Source of the DNA: Geotalea uraniireducens Rf4
Lineage (GTDB): Bacteria > Desulfobacterota > Desulfuromonadia > Geobacterales > Geobacteraceae
Assembly: GCF_000016745.1 (NCBI RefSeq)
Contig: NC_009483.1
Location: forward strand, 4,470,001-4,502,000
Reading direction: 5' to 3'
Length of the DNA: 32,000 nt
This document shows, in pieces, positions 26,033-32,000 of the stretch. The number at the start of each line of letters is the position of its first letter. Position 1 is the stretch's first letter. The notes below the pieces were generated by a model. It did not search any database. It saw only the letters and a program-made list of their open reading frames with translations, and was not told where the DNA came from. A program made the position numbers and the translations under genes.

Positions 26033-27316
26033 CTATGCACCGTTTTGCAACTTTGGGAAATTCATGTGCTCGAGAAAGTGTTTCTCGAAGGCAGGTGTGC
26101 CTGACAGGGGGATAACCTTGATTGACTCGGCAAGCCTGTCCAGAGCAGCAAAGTCGTCGCCTGCGCAGATCGCCTTTTCCACGCCGCGCAAAGCCCCCTC
26201 ATGGACAAACCCGGCATTTTTTACCATGTTTTCACTGAAAATTCCAACGTTTTTTAGATGTTCAGGAGAGAGTATCGCGCCGAAAGAACCGGTCAGTACG
26301 ACTTCCTGAATTGAGTCGCCCGATATGCCGGCGCGCTGGAGCAGGACTTCCATCCCGGCCCTGATCGCCCCCTTTGCCAGTTGCACCTGGCGGATATCGC
26401 CCTGGCTTAGATAGATGGTGCGCCTCGCGTCGCGGTAAAACACAAAGCCGGTTTCCCCGTCCACGTTCCGGACATGATTGGCCAGGTTGGAGGGAATTTC
26501 ATCTGCTTCGAGCAGCCTGCCGCTCTGATCGAGTATTCCCGCTTCAAGCAGTCCGGCCACGGCGGCGATGACCCCTGAACCGCAGATTCCGGTCGGCGCT
26601 TCATTGCCGATGGTGGCAATCCCGACCTTATCGCCGGCAAAGCTTACTCCGCTTATTGCCCCCGGCAGAGCAGCCATGCCGCACGCCAGGTTCCCCCCCT
26701 CGAAGGCTGGACCGGCGGCGGCGGAAGTTGCATAAATTTTTCCTCCGGCCACAAGGGCAAGCTCGCCATTTGTGCCGAGATCCAGATAAAGACGTGCTGC
26801 GTGCTGCGTGCTGTGTGCTGCGCAAACGCCTTCGCCGTAGAGAAAGGCCACCAGGTCGCCGCCGACGAATCCGCCCGGCAGGGGGAAAATATATGCATCC
26901 AGATCCAGGCCCCAGCCGAGGGAGGCGGTAGTCATGGTTTTGCCGGCAGAAAAAAGTGGGCGGTAGGGGGGGAAGGCAAGGGATTTCACGGAAAGCCCCA
27001 GGAGCAGGTGTTCTATGGCCGGATTCCCGGCAATCCCTATGCAACGCAAATCGCGGCGGGCTGCGCCGCAGTCGTCGAGGAGTTTTACGGTCAAGCGTTC
27101 CAGCTCGGCATTGATGAGCTTGCTCATCCTGAAGAGGTTATCAGCGGAGCTTACCGCCGCGGCAAGGCGCGACACCACATCCGCGCCGAATTCCCGCTGC
27201 GGATTGAGGCTGCCAGTCATCGCCAATCGCTCACCGCTTTCGCAGTCCAGAAGCGATGCGGCAATGGTCGTGGTGCCCACATCAATGGCGACTGCGACAG
27301 GCTTAGACAATTTCAA
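26033..27316 (-). CDS. ASKHA-fold ATPase, DUF4445 / RACo C-terminal-domain-like, lacking a ferredoxin domain
   Basis: [19 protein letters not shown] and GICGSG motifs, as in the ATPase part of corrinoid reductive activators. No Cys-cluster N-domain. I prefer the TTG at 27316 (GGGAG 7 nt upstream, 14-nt overlap with the selD end) over the track start at 27388. Confidence 0.6.
   Translation of the reverse strand: MKLSKPVAVAIDVGTTTIAASLLDCESGERLAMTGSLNPQREFGADVVSRLAAAVSSADNLFRMSKLINAELERLTVKLLDDCGAARRDLRCIGIAGNPAIEHLLLGLSVKSLAFPPYRPLFSAGKTMTTASLGWGLDLDAYIFPLPGGFVGGDLVAFLYGEGVCAAHSTQHAARLYLDLGTNGELALVAGGKIYATSAAAGPAFEGGNLACGMAALPGAISGVSFAGDKVGIATIGNEAPTGICGSGVIAAVAGLLEAGILDQSGRLLEADEIPSNLANHVRNVDGETGFVFYRDARRTIYLSQGDIRQVQLAKGAIRAGMEVLLQRAGISGDSIQEVVLTGSFGAILSPEHLKNVGIFSENMVKNAGFVHEGALRGVEKAICAGDDFAALDRLAESIKVIPLSGTPAFEKHFLEHMNFPKLQNGA
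26794..26821 (-). repeat. four tandem heptamers (plus strand GTGCTGC GTGCTGC GTGCTGT GTGCTGC) inside the coding sequence
   Basis: Read directly. They encode [11 protein letters not shown] immediately before the LDLGTNGE motif. Confidence 0.85.
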
Positions 27317-28343
27317 GTGCAGACTCCCGGCGTGGCAGCACCTCGCCGACAGAGACGGCAAAACAGCCGATCTCGGCCGCTCGGGCAAGGAACAGTTCGG
27401 CAGATGTCGGAGCGAGTGATATCAACAGGCCTCCGGAGGTCTGGGGATCGAACAGCGGCAAGAGGGCATCGGCAGGAATGCTGCCGCAATTTAAAAATCG
27501 TGAATAGTGATCGCGATTGCGGTAGCAACCAGCGGGAACCAACCCGTCCCTGATCAGTTCATCAACACCGGCCATGAGCGGAACCTTGGCAGGATCGAGG
27601 CGGATCGTCACTCCCGCCCCCACGGCCATCTCGCAGGCATGACCGATAAGGCCGAAACCGGTCACGTCGGTGGCTGCGCTTGCCCCGCATTCCAGCATCA
27701 GCTCTGCGGCAATACTGTTCAACATCGTCATCCACCCTATCGCTGCGTCCGCTACGCCGGCGGACACCATGTCAGCCTTGATCGCCGTGGAAACAATGCC
27801 GGTGCCGAGCGGTTTGGTAAGGAGCAGCCGGTCACCGGCACGGGCGGTGGAGTTTCTGACGATTTGTTCGGGATCTATGAGCCCGGTGACAGCCAGTCCG
27901 TACTTCAGCTCTGCGTCTTCCACCGTATGTCCGCCGACCAGGCAGGCGCCCGCCTCACTGATGGCGGCCTGGCCGCCGGCAAGAATCCGGGAGAGGACCT
28001 CGCCGGGAAGGTCGCAGGCCGGGAAAAACACCAGGTTCATTGCGGTCACCGGTTTCCCCCCCATGGCATAGATATCGGATATGGCATTGGCCGCAGCGAT
28101 ACGACCGAACGTGAAGGGATCGTCCACGAGGGGGGTGATGATATCGGTCGTCTCCACCAGGGCGAGCCTCTCCCCTATCCGGTAGACACCGGCGTCGTCG
28201 GCTGTATCGGCCCCCACGAGGAGGTCCGGATCATCCGCCTGCACAAGGCCGCTCAAAGCTTTTTCAAGGCCCGCCGGGCCCAGCTTTGCCGCTCAACCGG
28301 CGGCTTTCACCATTGCGGTCAGTTTGATCTTCTTATTGGTCAT
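27303..28343 (-). CDS. selD: selenide, water dikinase (selenophosphate synthetase) with in-frame UGA = selenocysteine at codon 17
   Basis: The track ORF starts at 28256. Reading upstream in the same frame gives [35 protein letters not shown]..., where TGA (28295-28293) occupies the catalytic Cys/Sec position of SelD (G-[CU]-x-x-K). The downstream sequence has typical PurM-like SelD domains. Confidence 0.8.
28254..28288 (-). promoter_or_regulatory. candidate bacterial SECIS hairpin
   Basis: It starts 7 nt 3' of the UGA. Outer stem CAAAGCU/AGCUUUG (perfect 7 bp), inner stem GGCCC-GGC-GGGCC. Confidence 0.55.
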
Positions 28344-28350
28344 TTTCCCC

Positions 28351-28399
28351 CACTCACTACTCACTACTCACTACTCACTACTCACTACTCACTACTCAC
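28351..28399 (-). repeat. tandem heptamer array, 7 units (plus strand CACTCAC then TACTCAC x6; minus strand GTGAGTA)
   Basis: It fills the alr-selD spacer. The alr stop TGA (28398-28396) is part of the first unit on the minus strand, and the array ends 7 nt before the selD ATG. Confidence 0.95.
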
Positions 28400-29550
28400 G
28401 GAATATACACTCTCGGCACCCGTTTGCTGATGCCGCAGAATATCTCGTAGGCAATGGTACCGGACCATGCGGCCAGCTCTTCGGCATGGATGCAGTTGCC
28501 TTGATTGTCGCAGCCAAGGAGCGTCACCTCATCGCCGACAGCAACACCGGCGATATCGGTCACGTCAAGCATGATCCAGTCCATGCAGACCGTCCCGGCC
28601 ACCCGCGCCCGCTGCCCGCGAACCAACGCCTCCCCCTTGTTGGTAAGGGCACGGCAGTAGCCGTCGGCGTATCCTACCGGGACGCTCGCAACGAGGGTTT
28701 TCTTTCCCGCCACATAACGCCTGGCATAGCTGATGCTGGTGCCGGGCTCCACCCACTTGAGCATCGCCACCCGGCTCTTCAGCCGCATTACCGGCTTCAC
28801 ATCGATTTTCCCCTGAAAATCGGCGGAGGGAAGCGCGCCGTAGAGGACGATGCCGGGCCGGGCCAGATTGCAGAAAGGAAAATCCCTGCTGAAGGCAGCG
28901 GCGCTGTTGGCGATATGAACGAAGGTGGGGGAAAACCCCTGGCGAGTGCCCTCCTGCAAAACCGCGGCAAAGATTTCGGTCTGGCGGGCGGTGTAACCGC
29001 TCCCTTCGTCGTCCAGTTCGTCGGCCGAGGCGAAGTGGGAGAAGATACCTTCCAATTCAAGGTTTTTCAACTTTTTCAGCTCCCGGAAGAATGCGGGGGC
29101 CTCCTCGTAACGTATCCCCAAGCGCCCCATGCCTGTATCGACCTTGAGATGGATTTTTGCCTTGCGATACAGCTTTCGGGCAACGTCATCGAGCACCCGC
29201 GCCTGATCCAGGCTGAAGACCGCCGTGGAGATGTTGAAGCCGACGCACTTCTTCTCCTGTCCCGGATATATACCGCCGAGAAGTAGGATCGGCCTGTCGA
29301 TGCCGCTCTTCCTGAGCTGAATCCCCTCCGCAAGAAAGGCGACGCCAAAGGCCGTCACGCCGAGCGCCTCCAGTTCACGGGAGATATCCATAAAACCGTG
29401 GCCGTAGGCATCGGCCTTGACCACCGCCAGCAGTCCGCTGCCGGCGGGCACCGCTTTTTTTACCTGGTAATAGTTGTGCCGCAGGGCGGCAAGGTCGATT
29501 TCCGCAATGGTCGGGCGACTATCCAGGTTCAACACATTTAAACGCTCCAT
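28396..29550 (-). CDS. alr: alanine racemase
   Basis: [15 protein letters not shown]...[11 protein letters not shown] (PLP-lysine motif)...VPVGYADGY... The ATG at 29550 is preferred to the GTG at 29583. Confidence 0.9.
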   Translation of the reverse strand: MERLNVLNLDSRPTIAEIDLAALRHNYYQVKKAVPAGSGLLAVVKADAYGHGFMDISRELEALGVTAFGVAFLAEGIQLRKSGIDRPILLLGGIYPGQEKKCVGFNISTAVFSLDQARVLDDVARKLYRKAKIHLKVDTGMGRLGIRYEEAPAFFRELKKLKNLELEGIFSHFASADELDDEGSGYTARQTEIFAAVLQEGTRQGFSPTFVHIANSAAAFSRDFPFCNLARPGIVLYGALPSADFQGKIDVKPVMRLKSRVAMLKWVEPGTSISYARRYVAGKKTLVASVPVGYADGYCRALTNKGEALVRGQRARVAGTVCMDWIMLDVTDIAGVAVGDEVTLLGCDNQGNCIHAEELAAWSGTIAYEIFCGISKRVPRVYIP

Positions 29551-29674
29551 ATCTACTCTCGACACCCGCTGTTCACCTCTCACCGTTTATCTACCACTTC
29601 TCTCATAAGCTGTAAAGGCAAAATCCCGAAAATACATTGACTTATCGGGAATTTTACTTTAGCCTAAGGCAAAA

Positions 29675-29768
29675 TTGCCAGCTAGGGGAGTTCGCAAGAA
29701 CTGAGATGGGCCTTGCCCAAACCCTTTGAACCTGATCCGGTTGATCCCGGCGTAGGAAAGCGGCCAGA
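29675..29768 (+). promoter_or_regulatory. TPP (THI-box) riboswitch
   Basis: CTAGGGGAG...CTGAGA...ACCCTTTGAACCTGATCCGGTTGATCCCGGCGTAGGAAAG matches the conserved TPP aptamer core. Confidence 0.9.
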
Positions 29769-29788
29769 GTGAGACTCTTTATTCCTGG

Positions 29789-29818
29789 AAAGCCGCGACC
29801 ATTAGTCGCGGCTTTTTG
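29789..29818 (+). terminator. intrinsic terminator (riboswitch expression platform)
   Basis: AAAGCCGCGAC-catta-GTCGCGGCTTTTT, directly after the aptamer. Confidence 0.8.
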
Positions 29819-29856
29819 CGATTTTACACCCTCTTACAGTGCTTCCCCCATAGGTT

Positions 29857-31356
29857 TTGCCCATGGAACACAAAAAAGATTTTCTCCGCCTCGTGGTAGA
29901 CCGGGAAACGACCGATTCCCCGATTAAAGGGGTTTATCTCATTACCGACCATGCCGACCACCTGACAGAAAGGGTACGGGGCGCCCTCTCCGGCGGCGTA
30001 ACCGTCCTCCAGTACCGCAACAAGATGGGCGATGCCGAGGACAAATTCACCGTGGGCATGGAGTTGAAAACCATTTGCGCCGAAGCGGGGATCACTTTCA
30101 TCGTCAACGACGATCTGGAATTAGCCAGAGAACTCGACGCGGACGGCCTCCACCTGGGGCAGGAAGACGGCGATCCGATTGGAGCCCGCAAACTGCTCGG
30201 ACCGCGGAAAATCATCGGCGTCTCCACCCACAACCTGGAGGAAGCGCTGCGGGCGGAAGCCGCCGGAGCCGACTACATCGGCTTTGGCGCCATGTACCCC
30301 ACCGGGAGCAAGGATATCGAGCATCTCCCCGGACCCGACATGCTTGTCGAGGTCAAGGCGAAGGTCAAGATCCCCGTGGTGGCCATCGGCGGCATCAACC
30401 GGGACAACGGGGCACGGGTAATCGACAACGGCGCAGACGCCGTTGCGGTCATCTCCGGCATACTCGGTAGCAGAGAGCCGGGGCTGGCGGCGGCCGAACT
30501 GTCGCTTCTCTTCAACCGCAAGGGGGCCTTTCCGCGCGGCAATGTCTTGACCATCGCCGGCAGCGACTCCGGCGGCGGGGCCGGCATCCAGGCCGACCTC
30601 AAGACCGTAACCCTGCTCGGCTCTTACGGCGCCTCGGTAATCACCGCACTCACCGCCCAGAACACCCGCGGGGTGAGCGCCATTCACGGCGTGCCTCCCG
30701 AGTTTGTCGCAGAGCAGCTCGATGCGGTACTTTCCGACATCAGGATCGACGTGGTCAAGACCGGTATGCTCTTTTCCGCGGAAATAATCAGCGTCATTGC
30801 CGACAAGCTGGGCGAATACAACAGGAAAATAGTGGTCATCGATCCGGTAATGCTGGCCAAGGGGGGAGCGGAGCTCATTGACCATGAGGCCCTGGCCATA
30901 TTCAAAAAGCGGCTTATGGCCGCGGCCTATCTCCTCACTCCGAACATCCCGGAGGCGGAAAAGCTGACCGGCATCGCTATCAGCAATGAAGATGGGATGG
31001 AGCAGGCAGCCCGCGCCATCTGCAGTATGGGGGCAAGAAATGTACTGATAAAAGGGGGGCACCTCCCCGAAGGGATTGCCGTGGACATCCTCTATGACGG
31101 CAGCGCTTTCACCCGCTTCCCCGTGCCGCGCATCCTCACCAAGAACACCCACGGCACCGGCTGCACCCTGGCTTCAGCCATCGCCGCGTTCCTCGCCCAA
31201 GGGGAACCGCTGCCGGTTGCAATCGCCAAAGCCAAGGAATTCATCACCACCGCCATAAAACTCGCCCAACCGCTGGGCAAGGGACATGGCCCGGTGAACC
31301 ATTACAGAGCAGCATGCGAACTTCGGGACTTGGGACCTGGGACCAGGGATCGGTAA
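29857..31356 (+). CDS. thiE/thiD: bifunctional thiamine-phosphate synthase (ThiE, N-terminal) / hydroxymethylpyrimidine-phosphate kinase (ThiD, C-terminal)
   Basis: N-terminal half: VYLITD...LQYRNK...VSTHN...GAMYPT...AIGGI. C-terminal half: VLTIAGSDSGGGAGIQADLKT...GTGCTLASAIAA. Start is TTG 29857 or ATG 29863. Confidence 0.88.
   Translation: MPMEHKKDFLRLVVDRETTDSPIKGVYLITDHADHLTERVRGALSGGVTVLQYRNKMGDAEDKFTVGMELKTICAEAGITFIVNDDLELARELDADGLHLGQEDGDPIGARKLLGPRKIIGVSTHNLEEALRAEAAGADYIGFGAMYPTGSKDIEHLPGPDMLVEVKAKVKIPVVAIGGINRDNGARVIDNGADAVAVISGILGSREPGLAAAELSLLFNRKGAFPRGNVLTIAGSDSGGGAGIQADLKTVTLLGSYGASVITALTAQNTRGVSAIHGVPPEFVAEQLDAVLSDIRIDVVKTGMLFSAEIISVIADKLGEYNRKIVVIDPVMLAKGGAELIDHEALAIFKKRLMAAAYLLTPNIPEAEKLTGIAISNEDGMEQAARAICSMGARNVLIKGGHLPEGIAVDILYDGSAFTRFPVPRILTKNTHGTGCTLASAIAAFLAQGEPLPVAIAKAKEFITTAIKLAQPLGKGHGPVNHYRAACELRDLGPGTRDR
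31324..31351 (+). repeat. four tandem heptamers (CGGGACT TGGGACC TGGGACC AGGGATC) at the 3' end of thiE/thiD
   Basis: Read directly. They encode the C-terminal tail RDLGPGTRDR, just before the stop. Confidence 0.8.
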
Positions 31357-31461
31357 CTTCAGAGATGCGGAATCAGGCCCTCCTTGGACCTTAAGGAACC
31401 GGACCTGGAAGAGCCCTTCCGGATCCCGGCTCTCGTCTCTCTTCAATAAAAGGAGCAGTAG

Positions 31462-32000
31462 ATGACAAAGACTCAACTTGACTACGCCCGCCAGGGCACG
31501 ATCACCAAAGAAATGAAGGAAGCAGCCCTCGCCGAAGGGGTAAGCCCGGAGTTCATCCGCGACGGACTGGTTGCCGGCAACATCATCATCTGCCATAACA
31601 TCAAGCACGCAGGCGGTCGACCGCTGGCGGTAGGCCGCGGACTGCGCACCAAGGTCAACGCCAACATCGGCACCTCGGCCGACGACCTGGACATAGCCAA
31701 GGAGCTGGAAAAGGCCCGCGTAGCGGTAAAACACGGCGCAGACGCCATCATGGACCTCTCCACCGGCGGACCGGTTGATGAGATCCGCCGCGCCATCATT
31801 GCCGAAACCAGTGCCTGCATCGGCAGCGTACCCCTCTATCAGGCGGCCCTCGATGCGGTACGGACAAAGAAGAAGGCGATCGTCGACATGACCGTGGACG
31901 ACATTTTCGCCGGGATAATCAAGCATGCCGAAGACGGAGTGGATTTCATCACCGTCCACTGCGGCGTGACCTGCGCAACGGTGGAGCGGATGAAAAACGA
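31462..32000 (+). CDS. thiC: phosphomethylpyrimidine synthase (ThiC), 5' part; continues beyond the window
   Basis: My translation reads MTKTQLDYARQGTITKEMKEAALAEGVSPEFIRDGLVAGNIIICHN...TKVNANIGTS...DAIMDLSTGG...VPLYQA...VDFITVHCGV. AAAGGAG SD. Confidence 0.9.
   Translation, partial: MTKTQLDYARQGTITKEMKEAALAEGVSPEFIRDGLVAGNIIICHNIKHAGGRPLAVGRGLRTKVNANIGTSADDLDIAKELEKARVAVKHGADAIMDLSTGGPVDEIRRAIIAETSACIGSVPLYQAALDAVRTKKKAIVDMTVDDIFAGIIKHAEDGVDFITVHCGVTCATVERMKN

Noticed and set aside
27317-27388. Upstream extension of the DUF4445 ORF ([24 protein letters not shown])
   Set aside because: It lies entirely within the selD coding region in another frame. A TTG at 27316 with a well-spaced GGGAG gives a start just before the conserved VAIDVGTTT motif.

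Overview
Chromosomal segment that looks like a Geobacteraceae (Desulfuromonadales) genome, judged from a PpcA-type triheme cytochrome c7, many multihaem cytochromes and sigma-54 promoters. Almost all genes are on the minus strand. Contents in coordinate order: (1) cysC-cysD-cysN sulfate activation operon, interrupted by a 23S-rRNA-IVS-type four-helix-bundle gene; (2) a secreted YVTN beta-propeller protein on the plus strand; (3) an intergenic region holding a terminator, a 219-bp MITE with target-site duplication and a 13-unit heptamer array; (4) three glycosyltransferases and a 738-aa outer-membrane beta-barrel; (5) an extracellular-electron-transfer block with an OmcE-like tetrahaem cytochrome behind a near-consensus sigma-54 promoter, an NHL lipoprotein, 8-haem and 11-haem cytochromes, CcsA, ResB and PpcA; (6) purE and purD, then a large YVTN/CARDB surface protein with four near-identical 345-bp tandem repeats, then purH; (7) a ferredoxin-less DUF4445/RACo-like ATPase overlapping selD, and selD itself reads through an in-frame UGA (selenocysteine) followed by a hairpin; (8) alr; (9) a TPP riboswitch, a thiE-thiD fusion and the start of thiC. 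The least explained signal is a family of tandem heptanucleotide arrays placed exactly at gene starts and stops, at least eight in 32 kb. Two pairs are inverted and can close long RNA stems. One stem encloses the four-helix-bundle ORF inside the cysDN operon, like an rRNA intervening sequence transplanted into an mRNA. The other stem is an ORF-less twin in the cysC-cysD spacer. All calls rest on reading the sequence and remembered family motifs; no searches were run.
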